Part shown: positions 20,256-29,933 of the stretch, one piece after another
Numbering within the stretch: position 1 is the stretch's first letter
Layout of the letters: each line of letters starts with the position of its first letter
Source: Planctomycetota bacterium
GTDB lineage: Bacteria > Planctomycetota > PLA2 > JAEUHO01
Direction of reading: 5' to 3'
Assembly: GCA_965222115.1 (NCBI GenBank)
Contig: CBDCTJ010000001.1
Span: 288,001 to 352,000 of the forward strand
DNA length: 64,000 nt
Program-made: the position numbers and the translations under genes
The notes under the pieces: generated by a model
What the model saw: only the letters and a program-made list of their open reading frames with translations
Databases searched by the model: none
Told to the model about the DNA's origin: nothing

Positions 20256-20891
20256 ATGATCGATTTTCTGCGCACCGTCTTCGTGGATCACTGGCCGAGT
20301 GTGGTTGGCGCCATCGCCACGTTTGTCATTGGGCGCTGGTGGGGCAGTTTTCGGGCAAGTCGTGAGCTGGCCGAAAAGGAGTTCCGCGGTCGCTTCAACA
20401 TCAGCCTCAACAGCCTGAACGACAACACGTTGCGCATACGAACGCTTCGTGAATGCAATATCGCCGACGTGTGGTTCAACAAGGCTATGCAAAAACGCAT
20501 ACGCGCCTTGGCCGACAGGACCACCCCGGACGATGCGATCCTGCCATTCGAAGACAGCGAACGCTGGCTCTACCTCAATGCGGTGCTCAACGAAGTGAGC
20601 GAAATGTTTGCGCAGGGCACGATTCGAAGAGATCTGGGTGACGCCACGACCACCGCGAAGTACGTAATCGCCTTAACCAATGAGAAGGACGGTGAGATGC
20701 GCACATGGAAGATCCGTGCCATGGTCGTGCGTCCCGAGGTGTTGAACGAAGTCGAACAGTTGATGAATCAGGGCGCCACGCCCGACCTTGAAAGCGAGCA
20801 CCACATCACGCGCTGTAGGACCTTGGCCTCTATCGCCAGTCGCTATCGCTCGCAGCCCCAGCAATTTCTCACAATGGAAATTGCCGTGTAA
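20256..20891 (+). CDS. Hypothetical protein with an N-terminal TM helix
   Basis: GGAG RBS before ATG 20256; hydrophobic segment VVGAIATFVIG. Confidence 0.65.
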   Translation: MIDFLRTVFVDHWPSVVGAIATFVIGRWWGSFRASRELAEKEFRGRFNISLNSLNDNTLRIRTLRECNIADVWFNKAMQKRIRALADRTTPDDAILPFEDSERWLYLNAVLNEVSEMFAQGTIRRDLGDATTTAKYVIALTNEKDGEMRTWKIRAMVVRPEVLNEVEQLMNQGATPDLESEHHITRCRTLASIASRYRSQPQQFLTMEIAV

Positions 20892-20972
20892 AGGCGCTAT
20901 CCCGCCGCGGCGCGACGACCCGCACGTTGATTGGTAGGCTGGTCGGCCTGCTTCTCCGTATGAAAGGTCGCC

Positions 20973-21488
20973 ATGCTCAACAAGAACGACATTCTCGAAT
21001 CGATTCTGACCGATATCCGCATCACCAAACACCTGCTCACCAAGGTGCCCGACGGCGCCATGGACTATCGCCCCTCGCCCGATCAACGCTCCACGCTTGA
21101 GCTTTTGCGATACATGAGCTTCTGTGCGATCGGGGGCGCCCATGCCCTCTACGACGGCGAGTGGACCAAGTACAAGGAGTGGGCCGAACGCTGCGACTCG
21201 CTAAAGCCTGAGGAGATCGACGGCGCCCTTGACCGCCACGCCCAGGCACTCACGTCGTGGTTCGAAGGCCTCAGTAGCGACGACTTCGACACACGTCTTG
21301 CCACGACGCCCCTGGGCGAGGAATTCACACTTGGCCGCGCACTCATCGAGATGCCGCTGAAGTGGATGACGGCCTACCGCATGCAACTCTTCCTCTATGC
21401 CAAGCAATCCGGCAACAAAGACATTTGGACGCCCAACTGTTGGGGCGGCATCGATCGCGAACGTCCCGCATCTGCCGCGACGAGCTAA
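20973..21488 (+). CDS. DinB/YfiT-like four-helix protein
   Basis: DYRPSPDQRSTLELLRYM and YRMQLFLYAK match the DinB pattern. Confidence 0.75.
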   Translation: MLNKNDILESILTDIRITKHLLTKVPDGAMDYRPSPDQRSTLELLRYMSFCAIGGAHALYDGEWTKYKEWAERCDSLKPEEIDGALDRHAQALTSWFEGLSSDDFDTRLATTPLGEEFTLGRALIEMPLKWMTAYRMQLFLYAKQSGNKDIWTPNCWGGIDRERPASAATS

Positions 21489-21550
21489 CCTCGCATAGCA
21501 AAACGAAGTTTTCTGCAACGCGAGCGGTGACTTGTGTGCAGTAGAGATAG

Positions 21551-24500
21551 ATGAGTCGTCCCCGGATCCCATTCGCGTCGCCGGAAGCTGCCTTAGCAGC
21601 CTATCAATCCACGCGTAGTGCCCGGGCAGTAACCGCGTTCTTCGATCTCACTGCACCCGCGTTGCTGCGCGCGGCCATGCTTGCCACCCGAGATGCGTCG
21701 CTCGCCGACGACGTCGTTCAAGAAACGTACGCGGTATTCTTGGACGACCTCGATGCCTACGATCAATCGCGCCCGGTCATGCCTTGGTTGCGCGGAATCT
21801 TGCGACATCGCGCCATGCGCGCGCGCTCGCAGGCTCGACGCACGCCCGATCCGAATCGCCTTCTGCCTCGTGAATCCAATACAGGGTTGCCGCCAGCGGC
21901 GATTGACGAAATACGATGCGCTATCGACGCGTTGGACGAACCATATCGCTCGACGAGCCTCCTGCATTTCATCTATGGACTCGATCCAAAAGAGATCGCC
22001 GACGTGTGCAGCGAACCTGCGGGCACAATACGTTCCCGCATTCACCGCGCACGGGAACAACTGCAAGCCAAGCTAAAACGTGCACCGGCGCTGACCCTAC
22101 TCGATGCACCCACGCGTGCGCTCGATGCATTGCGGGCATCGGTTCTTACACGTGTAGACGTAGCCACGGGCGTCGCGCGGTCAACGGCGATGATTGGGGG
22201 CGCCGTGGTTGGGGGTGAAATGATGAGTAAGAAGATCGTAGTTGTGTGCGCAGTCTTGGCACTACTGCTCGCGGGATCGGGCATCTGGCTGCTAGTTCGC
22301 GATCGCAATGATCAAGTTGTTGGCAATCAACAGAACGACACGTTGTTGTCCAGTGCACCAACACTCAAGAGCAGCAACCAGGAGAACGTGAAGGATGCTG
22401 CCGCCCTCTCTCCATCTATCGACCCTTCGCTTCGAATCAGCGGAACGGTGCGCGACGCAAACGGAGCATCGATAGGAGGTGCGAAAATCACGCTGGCGCC
22501 CATCGCTTCCTACCGATTAAAGTTCAGTAGCAAACAGGGATTCCCGATCGAGGCGGGAGCGACTGATGGCGGTGTCGATACGCGTTCCGCAGAGAACGGC
22601 GAGTTCGAGCTACATCCGCCTTCGTCTGGCGTGTACGCCGTTAACGTCGAGGCAGCAGGGTACTCGCCGCAAGGCGGAGAAACGGTGCAAGCAGGTGGCC
22701 GCATCAACGTCATGCTCTGGCCCGGTGCGACACTCCACGTCCAAGCCAAGAACAAGGCGGGTAAGCCTGTGAGTGGCGCGACGATTTCCATTCAAGGAGT
22801 CGTTGGACGCAACATCTATCAGCAACATGGTACGACGAACGGTGATGGGATTGCGGTCATGGAAGGTTTGCCTACTCAGTACGCAACGGGCGGCGTACTG
22901 GTATCGGCGCCTCACTTTTACTTACGTGCAAACGCAAAAGGGTACGCACCTTTCGTGAAACTGGCGCCGTTTCCCACGAATGCAGGCGAGTCAAAGAAGA
23001 CGTCAATTGTACTTGAACGGGGACTCCTCATTCACGGGCACGTCGTTTCAGGTTTGTCAGAGAAGCCGCTACCAGGCGCAAACGTTCGATTGGCGAATGC
23101 CGCCGCCCAGGCACCATCCATCGTTGTCGACGGTGAAGAACTTTGGTGGCCGTTTGCCTTGTACGAACGTGAAACGCAGGTCGCCGACGATGCGGGACGG
23201 TTCTCGATGCGAGTTTCCTCGCAGGCGAATCGCATGGCGTTGCGATCAATGCCCGCGGTCTATGCCTGGGCTCAAGGCACGGCACTCGGCCGCTCGCTCG
23301 TATCAGAAGCTGTGTTGGATAACGACCGCGCCGGACACGCGACGCTTGTTGTGACGGTTCCCGCCAGCGCAAGTGTTCGAGGACGTGTCGTCGATACCCA
23401 GGGCCGTCCAGTCGCCGACTGCCGTGTGTCTGTAAATGTCGAGGAGCCTAGGTCCATTCGTGCGCCACGATTCCCCATGGTCAATCCGGCCGCCATTGAT
23501 CCCACGATGCCTCAAATCCGCGCGAGGACAGATGCGAGTGGCGAGTTTGAATTTCGAGGCATCGCGGTAGCCAATGAAGGAGAGACACTGGCATCGGTGC
23601 GTGGTTTCAAGATGAACGGTGCGCATCGATCGCAGGGATACAGGCAGTTCACCAAAGAGCTCGCGCTCAATGCAGGCGGCGTGCATGACACTGGCACCAT
23701 GACGTTGGTTGAGGCGCCGCGAGATCCAAAGTTGCCGCCGGTAATTCTTCGAGATGTCTACGTAAAGAACGAACGTGATGAACCGGTGCCCGCAGCACGA
23801 GTCTGTCTATGCAGGGTCTTATCACGACACGGCTCGATCACTGACGAACGCGGCCAAGTCACTATCGAACAGCCCAAATCGACTCACCCTAGAACGTATT
23901 CGGTTAGGGCACGAGGCTACGGAACCACTCAGGTCACGGTCGAGAGCAGTCACGACGGGCCTTTGACGGTCGTCATGCAAGATGCACGACGCCTTACCGG
24001 GCGCCTGGTGGATCAGGAGGGCAAACCGGTTCCTGGATGGCGCATCGAAGCCGTGTCGGCGACCCGACCTTTAGAGCAAGCCTATCCGTCGCGCGTGCCA
24101 ATTCAGTCGATCGCTTCCTACGCGGTTTCCGTTTCACTAACCGACTATGACGGGCGATTCACGCTGCAGGATCTTGGCGACGATCGAGTTCACCTGCGCG
24201 CAAGCCGCCGCGACATGACATTTAGCGCTGCCCCAAAGCCCGTGATTCGCAAGGATGTCGATGTTTCGGAGCCGGTTCTAATCAGAATCGGCGCAGGACT
24301 CCTCAACTCCGCTGATGTGGTCACCCGCGTGATCGAACAAGAATCGTCGTCTTCGCTCGAGAATGTGCGCGCAACGCTTGGTGGCGTAGACGGCGTGCTG
24401 AGTGCAGATGGCACGTTGACGTTTCGAGGCGTGCCGCACGGTGTGCAGGCGTTGACCATTGACGCTCCTGGGCGTGTTCGGGTCACGAAACGCTGGACGA

Positions 24501-25183
24501 TCGACGCGTCGTTTCAAGCGCCATCCACGATCGAGATGAAGCGCGGGATTACGTTGTCGGGGGCCGTGTCGTTTCCCGAGTCGGCCGGCATCGCCAGTCA
24601 GTACACCATCATGCTTCGATCCCTGGATGGCCATGAGGAGCACAAACCTCCCTATGCGTACATCGCGATCAACCAAGGTCGATACAAGACTGAGGGGCTA
24701 GAAGCTGGGCGTTACCGGGTCTTAGCCATGGATCGAACGGGTGGCATGAAGCTAGACAGTCCGTGCTTTGTGGCTCAACGCGAGCTCAATCTTGAGCCAA
24801 ACGTGTATGACGTTCAACAGGATTTCACGTTCGTTGGGTGCGGCCGACTCCACTTGAAAATGAACGACGACGCGCGGCTACCTCCCGTGCCTTGGCCCGG
24901 CAGCAAAGGGCCGTCCTCGAAACCCACCGAAGCACAGTCGGCATTTGGCAAGGCGTCTTCGGTGTCAATTCTCGATAACCAGGGGCGCGTACTTGAAACG
25001 CGCACGGGACTGACGCAGCGGTTCGTGCCGAACGTTCACTACCTATGGCTCACACCCGGGCGCTACACAGTTCGCGGGAGCTTTCCGAATCTTCCGGATG
25101 TGGACCACGAAGTGGAAATTACCAGCGGTGGGACTTCAACCATTGTTGTTCGTCCCCCACTGGCATCTGAGTCAACTCGTTAG
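21551..25183 (+). CDS. ECF sigma factor fused to a TM helix and multiple carboxypeptidase-regulatory-like domains (1210 aa)
   Basis: ADDVVQETY, EIADVCSEPAGTIRSRIHRAR, TM IVVVCAVLALLLAGSGIWLLV, repeated GxVxDxxGxPV...TDxxGxF modules. Confidence 0.9.
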   Translation: MSRPRIPFASPEAALAAYQSTRSARAVTAFFDLTAPALLRAAMLATRDASLADDVVQETYAVFLDDLDAYDQSRPVMPWLRGILRHRAMRARSQARRTPDPNRLLPRESNTGLPPAAIDEIRCAIDALDEPYRSTSLLHFIYGLDPKEIADVCSEPAGTIRSRIHRAREQLQAKLKRAPALTLLDAPTRALDALRASVLTRVDVATGVARSTAMIGGAVVGGEMMSKKIVVVCAVLALLLAGSGIWLLVRDRNDQVVGNQQNDTLLSSAPTLKSSNQENVKDAAALSPSIDPSLRISGTVRDANGASIGGAKITLAPIASYRLKFSSKQGFPIEAGATDGGVDTRSAENGEFELHPPSSGVYAVNVEAAGYSPQGGETVQAGGRINVMLWPGATLHVQAKNKAGKPVSGATISIQGVVGRNIYQQHGTTNGDGIAVMEGLPTQYATGGVLVSAPHFYLRANAKGYAPFVKLAPFPTNAGESKKTSIVLERGLLIHGHVVSGLSEKPLPGANVRLANAAAQAPSIVVDGEELWWPFALYERETQVADDAGRFSMRVSSQANRMALRSMPAVYAWAQGTALGRSLVSEAVLDNDRAGHATLVVTVPASASVRGRVVDTQGRPVADCRVSVNVEEPRSIRAPRFPMVNPAAIDPTMPQIRARTDASGEFEFRGIAVANEGETLASVRGFKMNGAHRSQGYRQFTKELALNAGGVHDTGTMTLVEAPRDPKLPPVILRDVYVKNERDEPVPAARVCLCRVLSRHGSITDERGQVTIEQPKSTHPRTYSVRARGYGTTQVTVESSHDGPLTVVMQDARRLTGRLVDQEGKPVPGWRIEAVSATRPLEQAYPSRVPIQSIASYAVSVSLTDYDGRFTLQDLGDDRVHLRASRRDMTFSAAPKPVIRKDVDVSEPVLIRIGAGLLNSADVVTRVIEQESSSSLENVRATLGGVDGVLSADGTLTFRGVPHGVQALTIDAPGRVRVTKRWTIDASFQAPSTIEMKRGITLSGAVSFPESAGIASQYTIMLRSLDGHEEHKPPYAYIAINQGRYKTEGLEAGRYRVLAMDRTGGMKLDSPCFVAQRELNLEPNVYDVQQDFTFVGCGRLHLKMNDDARLPPVPWPGSKGPSSKPTEAQSAFGKASSVSILDNQGRVLETRTGLTQRFVPNVHYLWLTPGRYTVRGSFPNLPDVDHEVEITSGGTSTIVVRPPLASESTR

Positions 25184-25191
25184 TCGCTGAG

Positions 25192-25809
25192 TTAGCGATC
25201 GAGCCATTGCACGCGGCCGGACGAAAGATCGTAGTAGGCGGGCTGAACGGCAACACCGACGGCGCAGACTTTGGACATCACGGGTTCCGACGTGCGGATT
25301 CGTTCCGAGACCATAATGGCGTTTCTGCGTACGCTGCGCTCCAAGAGATTATCGTCGCCTTTGCGGGCGGCTTGTAGTACGGCAGGACGAATAGCGTCGA
25401 TCAAGGCGTCGATGTGACTGTGTGTGGCGGGGCCATCAAAGTCCTTGTTTTGCGCAGCCGCATCGACGGCCCCGCAACTCTGGTGGCCCATAACCACGAT
25501 TAGGTTGACGCCCAAGTTGAGCGATGCGTACTCGATGCTTCCCAGCACCGCGTCATCCGCTACGTTGCCTGCCACGCGAATAACAAACAGATCGCCCAGT
25601 CCCCGATCGAAGATGAGCTCCGGCGGCACGCGGCTGTCCGCACACGTGAGAATCGTCGCAAACGGGCGCTGCCCCCCTACGAGCTCCTCGCGCCGCTTGG
25701 GATCTGCGTTGGGACGCGCCATGCCGCCTCGAACGTAACCCCGGTTTCCATTGCGAAGTTTTCGAAGCGCATCTTCAGCGCTCAAGTTCTCGGGCCTATC
25801 GTCTGACAT
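25192..25809 (-). CDS. Beta-class carbonic anhydrase
   Basis: CADSRV, FVIRVAGN, GHQSCGAV zinc ligands; leaderless start inferred at 25809. Confidence 0.95.
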   Translation of the reverse strand: MSDDRPENLSAEDALRKLRNGNRGYVRGGMARPNADPKRREELVGGQRPFATILTCADSRVPPELIFDRGLGDLFVIRVAGNVADDAVLGSIEYASLNLGVNLIVVMGHQSCGAVDAAAQNKDFDGPATHSHIDALIDAIRPAVLQAARKGDDNLLERSVRRNAIMVSERIRTSEPVMSKVCAVGVAVQPAYYDLSSGRVQWLDR

Positions 25810-26033
25810 GCTCGGGAGCATACCCGCGCATTCAGGTCCGCTCCCACGTCGTCGTCCAAGTAAGTTGCTTGTCGAAGTGGGTTGACCGATTGAGAGCCCT
25901 AGTTCTTCGAGTGCGCGTATGAAATCCTGAGCGAGGAGTTGCGAGGCAGGACCCGGCCTAGGCTCGCTCGGAATTCTGGCCCGAAATCGGTCCTGACAAC
26001 GCGTCTCAATTCCAATCGGGCCGGGATAGCATC

Positions 26034-26050
26034 TTGGGAACCATTCTCAA
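26034..26050. promoter_or_regulatory. Fur-family (Fur/Zur/Mur)-like operator upstream of the metal ABC operon
   Basis: TTGGGAACCATTCTCAA is an imperfect palindrome directly after a TAGCAT -10 candidate; a weaker copy lies at 25994-26009. Confidence 0.55.
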
Positions 26051-26073
26051 AATTGACGTAGGAGCACCACCCG

Positions 26074-27015
26074 ATGCCGTCACGCCAACCGGGCCTAGCC
26101 CGTGCCCTTTTCATCGCCCTCTGCGCCTGTCTCGCAGGCTGCGGCGGGGACGCGAAGACGTCCGATGGACTCCAGATTGTCGCGACAACAGGCCACATCA
26201 ATGATGCTCTGCAGGCCATTACCGAGGGAACACCGGCGCAGATTAAGTTGCTCTGCGGCCCCGGGGTTGACCCGCATAGCTATAGTGCCAGCACGGGTGA
26301 TGTGAAGGCGATGGAGGCTGCGGACCTGATTGTCTACAACGGATTTCACCTTGAGGCGCAACTTGAAGGTCTCTTGAAAGACACGTTTAAGGGGAAGTCG
26401 TGGTCGATGGCTTCGGCGTTCCCAAACGAACAACGACTGGACTGGGTCGAGGATGGCGCGATTGACCCCAATGCACCGTTCGATCCGCACATCTGGAACC
26501 ACTTGGCGGGATGGGCGACTTGCGTTGAGGCCTTGGCGAAGCATCTTGGCGCAGCCAGCCCGAAAAACGCTGAGCGCTTCGAAACAAATGGCAAAGCGTA
26601 TGCCAAGAACGTTCGAGATGCCCACGACTGGGCGAAGGAAGCGCTCGCGGCGATTCCAGAAGATCGGCGCTTCTTGGTGAGCGGTCACGATGCGTTCAAC
26701 TACTTCGCCAAAGCGTACGGCTTGGATACCGTGGCAGTGTTGGGCGTAGGAAACGATCAAGAGGCGGATATTCAGACGATGAAGAGCGTCGCCAAAACGA
26801 TTGCCGATCGAAAGGTGCCTGTGATCTTCATGGAATCGCTTACGAATCCAAAGATTACAAAGGCGCTCCAGGAGGCTTCCGAGAGCCTCGGATGGAAGGT
26901 GAAAATCGCCGACGACACACTCTATTCAGACGATCTAGGTGAGTCGGCACCACAGAGCACGTACCTCGGCGCGTTTCGCTCCAATGTCGAGCTGATACAG
27001 CGCGCCCTCAAGTAA
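26074..27015 (+). CDS. Mn/Zn/Fe ABC transporter substrate-binding lipoprotein (TroA/MntA family)
   Basis: Lipobox LAGC, GVDPHSY, DPHIW, HDAFNYF, LYSD. Confidence 0.95.
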   Translation: MPSRQPGLARALFIALCACLAGCGGDAKTSDGLQIVATTGHINDALQAITEGTPAQIKLLCGPGVDPHSYSASTGDVKAMEAADLIVYNGFHLEAQLEGLLKDTFKGKSWSMASAFPNEQRLDWVEDGAIDPNAPFDPHIWNHLAGWATCVEALAKHLGAASPKNAERFETNGKAYAKNVRDAHDWAKEALAAIPEDRRFLVSGHDAFNYFAKAYGLDTVAVLGVGNDQEADIQTMKSVAKTIADRKVPVIFMESLTNPKITKALQEASESLGWKVKIADDTLYSDDLGESAPQSTYLGAFRSNVELIQRALK

Positions 27016-27039
27016 CTGAGTAGCCAAAGGTCCCGCGCC

Positions 27040-27789
27040 ATGACGCCCGCCGGCGAACCTCTCGCCCTCTGCATCAAAGGTCTCACCGTTGCGTACCAGG
27101 GTGACCCCGTGTTATGGGACGTCGATCTGAATGTTTCCCAAGGTTGCATCATGTGTATTGCGGGTCCCAACGGGGCAGGCAAGACGACCTTTTTGCTTGC
27201 TGCACTTGGCCTGCTGGATCCGCTCGCTGGGCAAATCGAGGTTTTCGGCAAACAACTAAATGAGGTGCGCCAACGCATCGCCTACGTTCCGCAACGCAGA
27301 AGCGTGGATTGGGACTTTCCAACGACCGTCATGGACGTCGTGCTCATGGGAACCTACGGACGACTGGGGTGGTTCCGCCGTCCGGGCAAGAGGGAACGCG
27401 CGGATGCCACCGAGGCGCTCAAGCTCGTCGAGATGCAGGACTATGCAACGCGGCAAATCAGCGCCCTCTCCGGTGGTCAACAGCAGCGTGTGTTCTTGGC
27501 TCGGGCGTTTGCGCAACACGCGGATCTGTTGTTGATGGACGAACCGTTCGCGGGCGTTGACGCCAAGACCGAACGCGCCATTGTGCGTCTCCTACACGGC
27601 TTGCGCAACGAAGGCAAGACGCTCTTGATCGTTCACCATGATCTGTCTACCGTCACCGAGTACTTTGATCACGTTGTGCTACTCAATCGTGAGGTCGTCG
27701 AATGCGGTCCCGTAGGAGAGGTCTTTAGCGAAGCAAATATCGAACGCACGTACGGCGGTGCGGTGCGGACCCCAGTGCCTCGTGCTTGA
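27040..27789 (+). CDS. Metal ABC transporter ATPase (TroB/MntB family)
   Basis: GPNGAGKT, YVPQRRSVDWDFP, LSGGQQQR, MDEPFAGVD. Confidence 0.95.
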   Translation: MTPAGEPLALCIKGLTVAYQGDPVLWDVDLNVSQGCIMCIAGPNGAGKTTFLLAALGLLDPLAGQIEVFGKQLNEVRQRIAYVPQRRSVDWDFPTTVMDVVLMGTYGRLGWFRRPGKRERADATEALKLVEMQDYATRQISALSGGQQQRVFLARAFAQHADLLLMDEPFAGVDAKTERAIVRLLHGLRNEGKTLLIVHHDLSTVTEYFDHVVLLNREVVECGPVGEVFSEANIERTYGGAVRTPVPRA

Positions 27790-28699
27790 CATCCTCGGTG
27801 ATCACACGTTTCAGATTGTCTGTCTGGGCACGGCGCTCATCGGCGCAACAAGTGGCGCCTTAGGATGCTTTTCCTACCTTCGACGGCAGGCACTCATTGG
27901 CGACGTCGTCTCGCATGCGTCACTGCTTGGCATCGTAGGCGCGTTCGCCTTGAGCGCACTATGGACGGGTACAGGGAGTAAGTCGCTGGTGGTGCTCATC
28001 CCGGGCGCACTAGCTGCGGGAATCGCAGCCCTCTTGCTAACGCGACTGATTACGACCCGCACACGCGTCAAAGAAGACGCGGCACTGGGTGTCATGTTAG
28101 CCGTGTTCTTCGGCACCGGCATTTTGCTCCTGCGCGTCGTTCAGCGCTCGCCCTCAATCTCGGGCCACGCAGCTCTTGAAGATTACGTGTTCGGTTTGGC
28201 AGCCGCGCTCACCAAGGGTGATCTGCTAATGATCTCGGTATTGGGCGCCCTAGCAATCGGCACCATGATCTTGCTGTGGGGCGTGCTTAAGCTCCGCACA
28301 TTCGACGGCGCCTTTGCACAGAGCCTCGGTTTTAATGCAAAACGCCTGGACACAATCCTAATCGTTCTCCAAGTCATGGGTATTGTGATCGGTATTCACG
28401 CAGTAGGCGTCGTGCTCATGATTGCGCTACTCGTAACGCCCGCAAGCGCCGCACGACAATGGACGCGGTCACTCCACACGATGGTGATTCTGTCCGCGGT
28501 GTTTGGCGCCATCTCTGGCGCTATGGGCTCGCTACTTAGTGCCGCGTACAAGAACGCACCTACGGGACCGATGATTGTCCTCACCGCCACCGCCATATTG
28601 GTCGTGTCTATCCTCTTTGCACCGAAACGTGGAATCATTGCGCGTTTCCGCCTCCACCAGAGACGCAAGCGCGCGCTCGTCGCGGGGAGAAGCGTCTAG
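27782..28699 (+). CDS. Metal ABC transporter permease (TroC/MntC family)
   Basis: ALIGDVVSHASL, KEDAALG, multiple TM helices. Confidence 0.93.
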   Translation: MLDILGDHTFQIVCLGTALIGATSGALGCFSYLRRQALIGDVVSHASLLGIVGAFALSALWTGTGSKSLVVLIPGALAAGIAALLLTRLITTRTRVKEDAALGVMLAVFFGTGILLLRVVQRSPSISGHAALEDYVFGLAAALTKGDLLMISVLGALAIGTMILLWGVLKLRTFDGAFAQSLGFNAKRLDTILIVLQVMGIVIGIHAVGVVLMIALLVTPASAARQWTRSLHTMVILSAVFGAISGAMGSLLSAAYKNAPTGPMIVLTATAILVVSILFAPKRGIIARFRLHQRRKRALVAGRSV

Positions 28700-29787
28700 T
28701 GGGTATCGAATTTTGGACGTTGACAATATCGGTTGTGACCGGAGTTGCATGTTCGCTATGCGGTGTATTGTTGGTCTTGAAGCAAGAGTCTCTCGTGAGC
28801 GAAGGGCTCAGTCACGCCGTGCTTCCGGGGATCATCTTGGCCTTTATCGTGTTGCGGGATCGAAGCTCGCCGTTGCTGATTCTCTCGGCAGGGATCGCGG
28901 GACTCTTAATGGTCGTGCTGGTTCAGGCGTTGGCTCGGACGCGTTTGGTAAAGGACGACGCGGCACTGGGCATCGTGTTTCCCGCGTTGTTTAGCATTGG
29001 CGTCGTGTTGGCAAGCACGAAGCTCGGCAATACGCACTTTCACGCGCACTGCATCATTGATGGGAATCTTGCACTGACACCCCTTGACCGACTTGTGGTA
29101 GGAGGAAGCGATTGGGGACCGCGCCCCGCGTACGTCATGTTCGGCATACTGGTTTTGGTTTTGCTCTTCTTGGCCGCGTTCTTCAAAGAACTCAAACTTA
29201 TGGCCTTTGACCCCTCATTGGCGCGCCGCTTGGGCTTTCGGCCCGGACTGCTGCATATCGCGTGGCTCGGCATTGTGTCGCTCACTACAGTGAGTGCGTT
29301 TGAAGTTGCCGGATCGATTTTGGTCGTTGCGTTGATGATCACGCCACCAGCCGCAGCGTACCTCCTTTGTGATGACTTGAGGCGAATGATGATCGTCAGC
29401 GCGCTTCTGGGTGCATTGAGCGCCATTCTCGGTTTCTACCTCGGTCTGGCACTAGACATCTCGCCCACAGGTCCAATGTCTGCGGTTGCGGGCACAATCT
29501 TCCTTGTCGTGCTCTTCATCGCGCCAGGCCGCGGTCTGTTAGCGCGCGCCACGCATCGCAGGCAACAGCGGCAAGCCCTTCGAGACTGCGTGTTGCTGCA
29601 GCAGTTTCGGGAACAGGCGATGGATGAGCGCGACCTTGGTGCCCGATTGGCGTGGGATGCGGACGTCTTCTCACGCACGCTGGCAAGAGTGAGGCGTTCG
29701 GGCTGGGTAGAGCCATACGGGAAGCGGTGGCGATTGACACCCACTGGCGAGACGCGACTGAAGAGAGGACCTGAGTTCGCACCGTAA
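28699..29787 (+). CDS. Metal ABC transporter permease (TroD/MntD family) with a C-terminal winged-helix-like tail
   Basis: EGLSHAVLPG, FPALFSIGV, FKELKLMAFD; soluble tail ...LARVRRSGWV...WRLTPTG. Confidence 0.92.
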   Translation: MGIEFWTLTISVVTGVACSLCGVLLVLKQESLVSEGLSHAVLPGIILAFIVLRDRSSPLLILSAGIAGLLMVVLVQALARTRLVKDDAALGIVFPALFSIGVVLASTKLGNTHFHAHCIIDGNLALTPLDRLVVGGSDWGPRPAYVMFGILVLVLLFLAAFFKELKLMAFDPSLARRLGFRPGLLHIAWLGIVSLTTVSAFEVAGSILVVALMITPPAAAYLLCDDLRRMMIVSALLGALSAILGFYLGLALDISPTGPMSAVAGTIFLVVLFIAPGRGLLARATHRRQQRQALRDCVLLQQFREQAMDERDLGARLAWDADVFSRTLARVRRSGWVEPYGKRWRLTPTGETRLKRGPEFAP

Positions 29788-29877
29788 TCCCCTCTGCCCA
29801 TCGAGAGGCGGTCACGCTTCGTTACGGCGCGATTCGCATACCCCGCAAGCCTTCCCATCGAGGTCGGTTGCACCGCC

Positions 29878-29920
29878 CGAATCCCGCAAATTTACACCCG
29901 GCACTTTTTTGCGGGATTCG
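29878..29920. terminator. 13-bp stem hairpin between convergent genes; member of a repeat family
   Basis: CGAATCCCGCAAA...TTTGCGGGATTCG; a related inverted copy lies at 60723-60776. Confidence 0.65.
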
Positions 29921-29933
29921 CGGGTACGCGCTG

